IMG/VR virus record: IMGVR_UViG_3300046003_004989
Location: 64,001-128,000 of that record
DNA from: a virus
DNA length: 64,000 bases
Strand: one strand, 5' to 3'
Shown here: in pieces, positions 1 to 8,758 of the stretch
How positions within the stretch are numbered: position 1 is the first letter of the stretch
How the letters are laid out: each line of letters starts with the position of its first letter
The notes under the pieces: model-generated
What the model was told of the DNA's origin: nothing
What the model saw: only the letters and a program-made list of their open reading frames with translations
The model's database searches: none
Program-made: the position numbers and the translations under genes

Positions 1-85
1 TTGTAACGGAAGGAAGTTTTATGCTCTTGTTTTCATCAACTACATAGTATCTTCCATAACCGTGATTTCCTACTGTAGTTTTCAA
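1..85 (-). CDS. PD-(D/E)XK exonuclease-like protein, N-terminal fragment (runs off window)
   Basis: Manual translation from TTG at 85: MKTTVGNHGYGRYYVVDENKSIKLPSVT; the R-Y...PSVT(T) start is typical of phage exonucleases; start overlaps the stop of the upstream gene. Confidence 0.5.
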   Translation of the reverse strand, partial: MKTTVGNHGYGRYYVVDENKSIKLPSVT

Positions 86-567
86 ACGAATAGAGAGATT
101 ACAAAGTCAATAATAGATTGATTGAATGCTTTTATGCAAATTTTATTTAACATCAAGAATGTTAAACTGACTACTCCTAGATTGAATAGCCAACGAAAGA
201 ATTTACCCCAGCTTAGTGATTCCGATGAAGGAGCTAACACTACCAGATACGATGGTGCTGATTCAATTTTCTTTACTTCAGGATAGACTATTTCATTTAG
301 CTGTCTAGACATAAGAAGTTCATCTAACTCCCTTAGTTGTTCAACCATCCAAGGCCAAACTTGATCTTGCTTTTCTAAAGGCCATAGTTCTTCAGGTACA
401 TTAATTACCGTATAGATTCTGCCTAGCTTATCTATTCGAAGTTCATACTTGAAAGCCTTTAAAGCTTCTAAAGTTTCTGTTTCTTTTAATGCCGTTCTAA
501 CAAGAAACCAGAGACGAATGTCTTCATAGATTTCTATCGGCCATTTCCAAATGTTATACCAAGTCAT
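82..567 (-). CDS. Hypothetical membrane protein (about 161 aa)
   Basis: The 82..807 ORF overlaps the 572..871 gene; the likely real start is ATG at 567 (MTWYNIWKWP); C-terminal hydrophobic helix. Confidence 0.6.
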   Translation of the reverse strand: MTWYNIWKWPIEIYEDIRLWFLVRTALKETETLEALKAFKYELRIDKLGRIYTVINVPEELWPLEKQDQVWPWMVEQLRELDELLMSRQLNEIVYPEVKKIESAPSYLVVLAPSSESLSWGKFFRWLFNLGVVSLTFLMLNKICIKAFNQSIIDFVISLFV

Positions 568-571
568 ACGT

Positions 572-871
572 TTAAATTTCAAAATCGTCAATATCCTCGT
601 CGCCCAATGCTTTGGAGAAGATTGCTTCTTTTTGTTTAACAATTTTATTTTGTGAGATAATTGCCTGTTTAAGCTCTTCTCTCTTAGTCGGATTTTCTTT
701 TGCTGTTTTGACGAATTCATTCTGTAACTGTTGAAGTTTAAGTTGAGCATCATGATATTCTTCAGTAGCTTTTTGTAGCTTCTTTGAAGATTGTCCTGCT
801 GCTTCATGGACTTTCTTTTCTTCGAATGTCTTGTGGAATTCGTTGAACGATGGTAAAAGTTCCTTTTTCAT
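572..871 (-). CDS. Putative internal head protein, coiled coil, with capsid-targeting-like leader
   Basis: N-terminus MKKELLPSFNEF; late-promoter-like TATATATA just upstream (891-899). Confidence 0.6.
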   Translation of the reverse strand: MKKELLPSFNEFHKTFEEKKVHEAAGQSSKKLQKATEEYHDAQLKLQQLQNEFVKTAKENPTKREELKQAIISQNKIVKQKEAIFSKALGDEDIDDFEI

Positions 872-907
872 TATATGCTTTTCTTTATTTTATATATACG
901 CAGACAA

Positions 908-925
908 GGCTGCCCGAAGGCAGCC
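908..925 (-). terminator. Hairpin (UUCG loop), probable terminator after the ECF sigma gene
   Basis: GGCTGCC-TTCG-GGCAGCC perfect 7-bp stem on the minus strand; short T tail. Confidence 0.65.
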
Positions 926-951
926 AAGTTCTGGATCAAATTAAAACATTT

Positions 952-1551
952 TTACACTTCGTATTTTTCTGCGATAATACGTTTACCACGAGAAATACGA
1001 TTCTTAACAGTGTGAAGAGGGATTTCAAGTTTTTGTGCGATTTCTTCATACTTTAAATCATTGAAGAATTTTTCTTCGATAACTACTCGATATTCATCTG
1101 GTAAAGAACTTACAATCTTACGAAGACGTAAAGCATTTTCATCAGTTTCTGCTTTTTCTTCGGCTACAATAAGGTGATCGGTATAGTTTTCAATAGAATC
1201 GAATTCTATCTTAGACATCAAGTTCTTATTTTCAGAGCTTTCGATATCGGACATATGTGTTACTTTACGACCTTTTCTGTAACGTAATTCCATACAAGCA
1301 GATGTATATGCTATACGATAAATCCAAGTTGAAATATGCCATTTTGGATCGTACTTATCTATTTTATTATAGACGGTAGACATTACATAGGATATCAAGT
1401 TTTCTGTATCGTCATGATTCTTAACGACTTGATAGATGTAATTGTAAAGACCTGGTCGAATTCTTTCGTATAATTCGGTGAAAACCTTTTCGGAACGAGT
1501 TTGTTTGAATTTGTAACCCAAATCTTTAAGTGAATCTGCTTGTTTAGCCAT
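952..1551 (-). CDS. ECF-type RNA polymerase sigma factor
   Basis: Region 2 (FTELYERIRPGLYNYIY...STWIYRIAY) and region 4.2 HTH (LKYEEIAQKLEIPLHTVKNRISRGK); start moved to ATG 1551 (MAKQ) because the promoter lies at 1571-1580. Confidence 0.9.
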   Translation of the reverse strand: MAKQADSLKDLGYKFKQTRSEKVFTELYERIRPGLYNYIYQVVKNHDDTENLISYVMSTVYNKIDKYDPKWHISTWIYRIAYTSACMELRYRKGRKVTHMSDIESSENKNLMSKIEFDSIENYTDHLIVAEEKAETDENALRLRKIVSSLPDEYRVVIEEKFFNDLKYEEIAQKLEIPLHTVKNRISRGKRIIAEKYEV

Positions 1552-1570
1552 AGTTTGAATAATTTTATAG

Positions 1571-1631
1571 TACAAATATAATCAATTTTTTTGAATAAGT
1601 AAACTGATTTGATAAAAACTTATTAACAATT
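1571..1631 (-). promoter_or_regulatory. Early promoter cassette 1 (TATATTTG -7 element plus upstream TTGTTAATAA box)
   Basis: TATATTTG matches the Bacteroidota TAnnTTTG consensus; box is 39 bp upstream. Confidence 0.75.
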
Positions 1632-2018
1632 TTAGATCAGCTTCGTAGAGAAACGATTTTTCATTCTTTCTAAAGCTTCGGTAGGAACACCATGAACGTT
1701 AGTAGAACCATGACGGTTTTCAACAATAACAGTTGAGATTCGGTAGCCATAATCTTCTGCTAATTCGAAATATGTTTCCATTTCCCAATCTGTAGTGAAT
1801 GTGTTTGCAACTCCAATAGTTTCAACTTCATCTACCATTGCTTGTTCGACTTGTTCTTTACACCATTTATGTGCTTGTGGTAATTTTGTTGCATCAAAAT
1901 CATATCCACCGTTTTGTTCGAAGAACATATCTGCTGAAAATGTTGATTTGCAAAGTGTCTCGGATAAGGACGATTTTCCAGAACCTGGTAAGCCTCTAAA
2001 TAAGATTATGTTTTTCAT
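1632..2018 (-). CDS. P-loop kinase (AAA_33 / polynucleotide kinase-like)
   Basis: Walker A GLPGSGKS; AHKWC, NTF and HGVP motifs. Confidence 0.85.
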   Translation of the reverse strand: MKNIILFRGLPGSGKSSLSETLCKSTFSADMFFEQNGGYDFDATKLPQAHKWCKEQVEQAMVDEVETIGVANTFTTDWEMETYFELAEDYGYRISTVIVENRHGSTNVHGVPTEALERMKNRFSTKLI

Positions 2019-2057
2019 AAGTCAAATATAAAACAAATTATTGAAAGAAAAAAATTT

Positions 2058-2387
2058 TTATGCAAAAAAGTGATGAAATAAATGTGCAGCTCCCCAGACG
2101 ATTAAGAATGATGTAGCATACATAACAAGTTTTAACCAACCGCTATAATCACCTTCTGCTTCTTTCTTAGGTAATTTAGACGAGAAGATTCCCCAAACGA
2201 TCGTCAATCCATATAATTGTATGAATGTTAATTCTTTCAAATGTGGAATATTGAATAAATTAGATAGATCTCCAATGATGTAAGCTTCTAAAGCACTAAT
2301 ACCAAAAATCATTGAGAATAAAATTACAATTCCAATTGAAATTGCGATGAAACCACCAAAGGCTTCTGCTGTTTTGTCTGTAGACAT
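2058..2387 (-). CDS. Small membrane protein
   Basis: Three hydrophobic segments in 109 aa. Confidence 0.7.
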   Translation of the reverse strand: MSTDKTAEAFGGFIAISIGIVILFSMIFGISALEAYIIGDLSNLFNIPHLKELTFIQLYGLTIVWGIFSSKLPKKEAEGDYSGWLKLVMYATSFLIVWGAAHLFHHFFA

Positions 2388-2389
2388 AT

Positions 2390-2587
2390 TTACGAGTTTA
2401 AAGGTTTTACTGTGATTGAATTTGAACCAAATCTTTCTTTTACCATTTGAATTGCCATTTTAACTTTAGGTGAATCTTGTACGATATAAGACGTAAGAGT
2501 ATTCGAATAAAAAGGAATATTGTTTGCTTTAAGATCTTTAAGAAAAGATTTGGAAGCTGTAAAAGTTAATGTGATGATTTGTTCCAT
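2390..2587 (-). CDS. Hypothetical protein
   Basis: ATG directly downstream of early promoter cassette 2. Confidence 0.65.
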   Translation of the reverse strand: MEQIITLTFTASKSFLKDLKANNIPFYSNTLTSYIVQDSPKVKMAIQMVKERFGSNSITVKPLNS

Positions 2588-2604
2588 TTGTTTTAATTTT
2601 ATAG

Positions 2605-2665
2605 TACAAATATAAACAAAAAACCCAACACTGAAAAATGCTGGGTTAAAAAGTTATTAACAATT
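2605..2665 (-). promoter_or_regulatory. Early promoter cassette 2 with embedded terminator-like hairpin
   Basis: TATATTTGTA plus TTGTTAATAAC box 39 bp upstream; AACCCAGCA...TGTTGGGTT-TTTT hairpin between them. Confidence 0.75.
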
Positions 2666-3296
2666 AATCGATGAATTCATCGAATTCTCCATTCTTTCGT
2701 TTAGATTCGAGAATCTTCCAAGTTTCATAAGCGTTTCTTCTTATTGTTTCGGTTCTTTCTCTTTCAGCAATTTCAGCAATTTTGATATTCTCTTCTAAAA
2801 TACCTTTAGCTCTTTCAACCATTGCTTGATATTTTGGATGGGCTTTAATCATATCGATTACTTCTTCTCCTTCAAGTACTACATCATTACTGATCCAATA
2901 TTCAGTTCGAAGATATTCGTCTGCTTCGTTAGTAGCTCCTTTAGTCATAACGACTTTTTCCTTCTTGACAATTTGAAATTTCATATTAGGATTGATAAAG
3001 CCTCGATTAGCAATTCCATCGTTTTCGAATTCTTTTTGATCTTCCATCCAATTGGTAACTGCATCTTGATCGTGTAAAAATTGTTCAATTAGAGAATCGA
3101 CATCTTCTCGATGTCTCTTAAATTGCCAATTAAGAGGAGTTTTCCCGAAATTAAAAGACATATATGGAGTAACCATTTCATACATGGTTTCGATCGGAAC
3201 CGAAAGGATTCCATCTTCAATTGTATAATTTTTGACTAAATCGGTAGCTTTACTTAAAGTTCGATAGTCCATTGTGTTTTCAAATACGTTGTACAT
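2664..3296 (-). CDS. Hypothetical protein
   Basis: 210-aa ORF tightly packed in the operon. Confidence 0.7.
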   Translation of the reverse strand: MYNVFENTMDYRTLSKATDLVKNYTIEDGILSVPIETMYEMVTPYMSFNFGKTPLNWQFKRHREDVDSLIEQFLHDQDAVTNWMEDQKEFENDGIANRGFINPNMKFQIVKKEKVVMTKGATNEADEYLRTEYWISNDVVLEGEEVIDMIKAHPKYQAMVERAKGILEENIKIAEIAERERTETIRRNAYETWKILESKRKNGEFDEFID

Positions 3297-3297
3297 G

Positions 3298-3804
3298 TTA
3301 TTGTTTATTAGATTCTATAAGTTCTTTGAAGAAGTCGAATTCGATCGGAGCGTTATTCCAATTTGAAACATTGGCATTGAATCGATAACCATCTTCTAAA
3401 TTAGTAGATTGAGTTCCTCCATGAACATGGATATAATCTTCTTCTTTACCGATCCAATCTAATAGAGGCCAATGAGATATAATGCAATTGATATTTGGTA
3501 TGATTGCTATCTGATGGCTTATAATCGAATGTCTTCCTAATTTAATGAGAGACATTTCTGGTAAATGAGAATCATATTGCCCTGACAAGAAATTGATTTT
3601 TCCATTTAGATGAATCATTGAGCTTTCACATGCAATTGGATCCCATGCAAAATTTCCTAAATGATAAACTATATCATTCTTACCGACTCTCTTATTCCAA
3701 TTTTCTATGTATGTATCGAACATCTCTTCATCTGAAGAGAATCCTCTTTCAATAGCCGTTAATTTACGACCGAAAAATGTGTCACTTGTAAAGAATATCT
3801 TCAT
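3298..3804 (-). CDS. Calcineurin-like metallophosphoesterase fold, degenerate active site
   Basis: Motif order matches phage phosphoesterases (FTSDxxFG, NWNxxV, YHLG, SHWP, HVHG) but several metal ligands are substituted. Confidence 0.75.
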   Translation of the reverse strand: MKIFFTSDTFFGRKLTAIERGFSSDEEMFDTYIENWNKRVGKNDIVYHLGNFAWDPIACESSMIHLNGKINFLSGQYDSHLPEMSLIKLGRHSIISHQIAIIPNINCIISHWPLLDWIGKEEDYIHVHGGTQSTNLEDGYRFNANVSNWNNAPIEFDFFKELIESNKQ

Positions 3805-3980
3805 TCTACTTTTTTGGCTATTTCGTCATTAAAAATTACGTAGGTCGAACAACAAAACGAGCAAATCCATTGCTCGTCATGCCAAGGTTCATCGGCAGGA
3901 TTGTACTCTATTTCATCTCGTTTGCAATGCAAGCAAGACTGTACTTCGTATTTCTTTTCACCTACCTCTACTATCTTCAT
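3801..3980 (-). CDS. Small zinc-ribbon protein (59 aa; not in ORF track)
   Basis: Manual translation MKIVEVGEKKYEVQSCLHCKRDEIEYNPADEPWHDEQWICSFCCSTY...KVE*; two CxxC pairs; ATGA overlap with the next gene. Confidence 0.7.
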   Translation of the reverse strand: MKIVEVGEKKYEVQSCLHCKRDEIEYNPADEPWHDEQWICSFCCSTYVIFNDEIAKKVE

Positions 3981-3985
3981 TTACA

Positions 3986-4013
3986 TTATATGAAGATAGA
4001 GAGTAGATGTTTC
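3986..4013 (-). promoter_or_regulatory. Putative ECF-type (middle) promoter GAAAC-N16-CATATAA
   Basis: Same architecture recurs at 13959, 21042, 29303 and 61938. Confidence 0.5.
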
Positions 4014-4016
4014 AGT

Positions 4017-4775
4017 TTATTTCTTACGTTTTGCGATTTCTTCTGCTACTTCATCGAATACTTCTTCAATGATTTTAATGAGTGGATTTCTTACGATATC
4101 ATCTTCTGTGAATTGCATGATACCAAAGTCTTCTTTAGTAGAGAATTTTTCCATAATGATTGGAAGTGAGGAGATTTTAGTTCCTGTGAGGTCTTTCTGT
4201 TTTACGTCACCCAAGAATACTAGCTTACAATTAGAACCTAAACGAGTCATTATTGTATGCATATTATCAGGAGTAATGTTTTGACATTCGTCGATGAGTA
4301 CAATACAGTCATCAAAATTAATTCCACGTAAATAAGCAATTGGCATTACTTCAATTGACTTATTAGCTCTTAGGGATTGAGTAATAGATCTTCCTACGAT
4401 CTTCTCAAAATTATGAATGAATGAAAAAACGAAAGGTTCCATTTTCTCTTCTAGAGTTCCTTTAAGGAAACCTATCTCTTCATCTTTAAGTGTTGTAACA
4501 GATTTTACAATATATATGCGTTTATATTTTGCATCATCTTTGAAAAGTTTTAAAGCTTGAGCACAAGCTATATAGGTTTTTCCTGTACCTGCAGGTCCAG
4601 AACAAATAGTGACTTGTTTGTTCTCGATATGTTCAGCAAAAGTTTTTTGATTTTTGTTTTTGAACTTTAGCTCAATCTTTGTGTTTTTCAACGTATGATT
4701 GTGCGATTGGCTAACAATTGATTCGAGGATTTGTTGTTCTTCTTCCTCGGTGTACTTTTTGCGTCTACTACCCAT
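4017..4775 (-). CDS. phoH: PhoH-like ATPase
   Basis: GPAGTGKT, IGFLKG, YLRG, DECQN and GDVKQ motifs. Confidence 0.95.
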   Translation of the reverse strand: MGSRRKKYTEEEEQQILESIVSQSHNHTLKNTKIELKFKNKNQKTFAEHIENKQVTICSGPAGTGKTYIACAQALKLFKDDAKYKRIYIVKSVTTLKDEEIGFLKGTLEEKMEPFVFSFIHNFEKIVGRSITQSLRANKSIEVMPIAYLRGINFDDCIVLIDECQNITPDNMHTIMTRLGSNCKLVFLGDVKQKDLTGTKISSLPIIMEKFSTKEDFGIMQFTEDDIVRNPLIKIIEEVFDEVAEEIAKRKK

Positions 4776-4792
4776 GTGGATTTTTGTTTTTA

Positions 4793-7700
4793 TTAACTAC
4801 TAAACATTCCTTCGGATTTTGTTTTAATAGTTACAGAGGTTAATGCTTGAGTGAATGCTCTTTGTAGATCAGCTACTGATATTTGATTACCTTTAGCAGG
4901 TACTTGATTTGTAGGCGCATTGCCTTTTGGTGCTGGACCAGTTGCGGTAGGGGTTGCTGGAGCTGCTTGAGTTCCTGCAGTTTGAGCACCACCTCCACCA
5001 GCTCCATTTAATTCTTTTATAGCAGCTACGAGTTCCTCAAATGCGGATTTGATAGATTCATCTATTTGACTAGCGATTGCTTCAGGATTCTTAGCTAAGA
5101 TTGCTAAAGATTTCATCATAGAATCTGTCAATGTAAGTTTTTTCAAATCGAACGAATTAACGTGCTCTTTGAATAACTTCATCGATTTTTGAATCTTGTC
5201 AAAATTATCAGCTAATTTAGTCATTTGATCTGTAGTATCTGCCATTGTTTGTAGATTAGTAGCAAATGCCGAGAAGTAATAACTAATCTTAGGCATATTT
5301 GGATTGAGTTTTGGATCGAATGCATTATTTACTTGAGATAAGAATGCATTGATGGATTGTCCAGTTTTATCAACATCTTTTAATTTACCCCATGCTTCAA
5401 CTGGTTTAGCTGCATCAGCCAAAGCAGATGTCATATCAGGCAGAACATCTAAAGCAGAATCAACTGCTGATCGATTAGCTTCAACTAATCTTCCAGTGGA
5501 TGCAATTCCATGAACTAAAAGCGATAAGATAGTTTGAAGATTAAATGCAGCTTTCTTAAAGTCACTTGAGTTCATTTTTCTTGTTGAAACTGGAACTAAC
5601 TGACCTTTACTGTCAACCTTATATGTTGTGATTTCTGAATTTGCTAATTTAATAACTGCATCGGCAACTGATGATATATTTTGTCCTAGACCTTGAATCG
5701 CTTGAACACCTTTCTTAACATATCCATCCGAGAACCAACCTTCTGAATTGTCTTCCATTTCACCAATTTTAGCAATCTCTCTTGCAAGGAATCCTGTTAT
5801 CATTCCAATATTAACAGCTGCAGTAACGAAGTCTGTAGGATTCATTTTTCTAACAGATTTGATAACTAATTGTGGCTTACCGTCGATCATCTTAACTTCA
5901 TTTTCGACAAGTTCCATGTTTGCCATTTTCTGAATTACTTCAGCCATAGCAAGTAAGTTATCTCCAAGACCAGCAATAGATTCAACCCCTTTAGATACAA
6001 ATCCTCCTGAGAAGATACCAGAAGAATCTGATTCCATTTTACCGATTTTAGCTAATTCGTTAGCTAAGAAACCAGTTACCATTCCTATATTGAGAGATGC
6101 AGAAACAAAATCAGATGTAGACATTTTTCTAACTGATTTCGGAACGATCTTAGCATCTTTTGTACCAGCATTAACAACTTCATATTCGGTGATTTCCAAA
6201 TTAGCCCAAGCTTTAACTCCTTGAGCCAAATTAACGAGAGTATCACCTGAATTTTTAAGTGCATCAACACCTTCAGCAACTAAACCACCACCAAATATTG
6301 CATCGTATAGTGGATCTCCTGAAGATTTACCTCGATTAAGCATACCAACTTTTGCGAAAGGTGCAGCAATAGCTGAAATAACAAGTGCCATTCCGTTAGC
6401 TGCATTTTCAAAGTCAGACTTACCAAGTTTTCTCTTATTTTTAATTACAAGTTTTGCTTTTGCTGTTCCACCATTGATAACTTCCCATTCAGTTACTTCC
6501 AAATTAGCCCAAGCTTGAACACCTTCAGCTAATGAAGCAAGAACAGAACCAGCACCAGAAAGTGCTGCAACTCCAAGCATAAAGTCGAACCAATTAACAT
6601 TGATTCCCATTTTCTTTTGAGCTTCTTTATCTGTGATTATAGAGAATGCTCTAACAATTCCACCAATAGCATATTGTAGATTATCACTATCTCCTTGATT
6701 GAATCCAATTTTCTTAAATATTGCTAGACCAGCAGAAATTGATATTAGAGCAAGACCTGCAAGAATCATAGGTCCTACTGTGATAAGAAGTAAAGCGGCT
6801 CTAGCTGCTGCGGCTGCAGCAAATTTAAGTCCTTCAATAATTCCTCCTGGCATATCACCTCCAAGGAAACCAGAAACTACAGATCCTAAAGCATTCTTTA
6901 AACTCTCACCATCTTCATTCTTCCAACCGATAGCTTTAAATACTGCTAATCCACCAGAAAGAAGGAGAAGTGAGATACCTGCAACCATCATTGCGGCTGA
7001 ACCAGCAATAATAAATGGTGAAGCAAGACCTGCAAGACCCATTACAATACCTAATCCACCAATAGTTGCACCTAAAACTAGTGCATCATCCATTGTGAAT
7101 TTAGCTGCTTTGAATAGGACAAGACCTACAGAAATAAGAATTAATGAGATTGCAGCGATTGTCATACCAATAGCACCTTGAATAATTACTGAACCGAATG
7201 CTCCAGCAAGAGCCATTGCTACTGCCAATCCACCAACAGTAAGACCTAGAATGAGAGCATCATCCATTGTCATATTAGCTGCTTTATAGACCATTAAACC
7301 TACTCCTAAAAGAATAAGAGAGAATGAAACTATAAGAAGTGCTATAGCACCTTTAGCAATATCTTTCCAGAATTGACCTATAAAATAGAATACTGCTGCA
7401 AATCCAGCAATTGTAATAATTGCATATAGAGAATCTTGTGGAGTTACCATCATTGAAAATAGAACAATAGATAGACCGAACAAGATAATACCAAGTGAAG
7501 TATAGAGAAGTGATTTTACTCCATGTCTAACAGTGTCTGTTCCCATAACATAAAGTGCTATAGAAAGACCTAACATAGAAAGTGTAACTGCTAATGTACC
7601 CATAAGAATCATAGGTGCCATCATAGAAACGACTACCATCGTTAAAGCGTATAAAATTACACCTAATGCAATTTTAAGAGGAACTTTAGCTCTTGCTTCT

Positions 7701-8431
7701 GCTTCTTCCGGTTTCCCGAAAGTACCCATCGTTAAGAATAGAAGTCGTATGGTTAACCCAAATAGAACTGTACCTATCATAACAATTGGAGCCATGATAG
7801 TATAAAGAATCATAGTCAATCCAAAGATAAGAACACCTTTACCTAGTCCTGCGACTGCTGCCATACCTTTAGCAGAATCTTCATCTACAGTTCCAGCAGT
7901 AGTCATTAAAAGTCTTACAGTTAGTCCGAATAGAACTGCTCCTATCATTGCAAGAGGAGCCATAATAGAATAGAGTGTTAGGTATGCACCAAACTTAAGG
8001 ATATTCGAACCTAGACCATTGATGAGTAGACCCATAGCCTCAGCTTTTTTCGGATCTACATCAGCCATTGCATCATTTAGATTAGTGAAGAATTTTTTAA
8101 GTTTATCTCCAGCTTTATCATCTAACTTATTAACAGCTTTGATAATTTTTTCTAATCCGTTTGCTAGACCTCCGAGCAATTCTTTAAATGCTTTTGGATC
8201 TCCTCCAGTAGCATCATTCATCGCAGCATCTTTCATCTTAGCCTCAATAGACATTAAGATGTTAGTTTGCTTCTTTAGCTCGGCAGATACCTCCGTTTTT
8301 GTGACGGTATCTATCGAGCTTAGAAGTAATAGTGAATTTTCATTTGTAGTTTTAGCAGATTCCACCATGGCATCCATCTTCTTGAGGATACTCATCATAG
8401 AACTGTTTACATCTTCTTGCCTTACAGCCAT
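4793..8431 (-). CDS. Tape measure protein (membrane-helix-rich, internally repetitive)
   Basis: 1212 aa, Ala/Gly-rich helical protein with a long hydrophobic region and repeats; directly downstream of the gp26/gp51-like chaperone genes. Confidence 0.7.
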   Translation of the reverse strand: MAVRQEDVNSSMMSILKKMDAMVESAKTTNENSLLLLSSIDTVTKTEVSAELKKQTNILMSIEAKMKDAAMNDATGGDPKAFKELLGGLANGLEKIIKAVNKLDDKAGDKLKKFFTNLNDAMADVDPKKAEAMGLLINGLGSNILKFGAYLTLYSIMAPLAMIGAVLFGLTVRLLMTTAGTVDEDSAKGMAAVAGLGKGVLIFGLTMILYTIMAPIVMIGTVLFGLTIRLLFLTMGTFGKPEEAEARAKVPLKIALGVILYALTMVVVSMMAPMILMGTLAVTLSMLGLSIALYVMGTDTVRHGVKSLLYTSLGIILFGLSIVLFSMMVTPQDSLYAIITIAGFAAVFYFIGQFWKDIAKGAIALLIVSFSLILLGVGLMVYKAANMTMDDALILGLTVGGLAVAMALAGAFGSVIIQGAIGMTIAAISLILISVGLVLFKAAKFTMDDALVLGATIGGLGIVMGLAGLASPFIIAGSAAMMVAGISLLLLSGGLAVFKAIGWKNEDGESLKNALGSVVSGFLGGDMPGGIIEGLKFAAAAAARAALLLITVGPMILAGLALISISAGLAIFKKIGFNQGDSDNLQYAIGGIVRAFSIITDKEAQKKMGINVNWFDFMLGVAALSGAGSVLASLAEGVQAWANLEVTEWEVINGGTAKAKLVIKNKRKLGKSDFENAANGMALVISAIAAPFAKVGMLNRGKSSGDPLYDAIFGGGLVAEGVDALKNSGDTLVNLAQGVKAWANLEITEYEVVNAGTKDAKIVPKSVRKMSTSDFVSASLNIGMVTGFLANELAKIGKMESDSSGIFSGGFVSKGVESIAGLGDNLLAMAEVIQKMANMELVENEVKMIDGKPQLVIKSVRKMNPTDFVTAAVNIGMITGFLAREIAKIGEMEDNSEGWFSDGYVKKGVQAIQGLGQNISSVADAVIKLANSEITTYKVDSKGQLVPVSTRKMNSSDFKKAAFNLQTILSLLVHGIASTGRLVEANRSAVDSALDVLPDMTSALADAAKPVEAWGKLKDVDKTGQSINAFLSQVNNAFDPKLNPNMPKISYYFSAFATNLQTMADTTDQMTKLADNFDKIQKSMKLFKEHVNSFDLKKLTLTDSMMKSLAILAKNPEAIASQIDESIKSAFEELVAAIKELNGAGGGGAQTAGTQAAPATPTATGPAPKGNAPTNQVPAKGNQISVADLQRAFTQALTSVTIKTKSEGMFSS

Positions 8432-8440
8432 TTATTTAGA

Positions 8441-8758
8441 CTATATTTTTAAAGAAGAGGGGATCCCAGGGAAAGATGCCGGTGAATAAGTATTCATATT
8501 TGGCATTTTCGGTGTTTTCATACCTCCAGGAAGATTACGGCTTGCATCTTTCATTAACTGTCCAGGTGACATATCTTTATATTGCTTAGATTGGCCTTCT
8601 TCTGCTTCCTGTTTTTCTTTTAGTATATCTATCAGGTTTTGTACGATAAATTCGTATTCATAGAAAGGAAGTTGTTCAACTTCCGAAGGTTGCAATCTAA
8701 GATGGTATAGAAGATACGTCTTAGTCTTAAAGAAGTTCTCCAGAGATATCTGAAACAA
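8441..8758 (-). CDS. gp51-like baseplate hub / tail assembly chaperone (possible frameshift product)
   Basis: SLENFFKTKTYLLYHLRLQPSEVEQLPFYEYE resembles the gp51-like pattern of T4-like phages; only a TTG start, overlapping the upstream gene in the +1 frame. Confidence 0.6.
   Translation of the reverse strand: MFQISLENFFKTKTYLLYHLRLQPSEVEQLPFYEYEFIVQNLIDILKEKQEAEEGQSKQYKDMSPGQLMKDASRNLPGGMKTPKMPNMNTYSPASFPGIPSSLKI

Noticed and set aside
568-807. 5' extension of the 241-aa ORF (82..807)
   Set aside because: It overlaps the better-supported 572..871 gene in another frame; the real start is probably ATG 567
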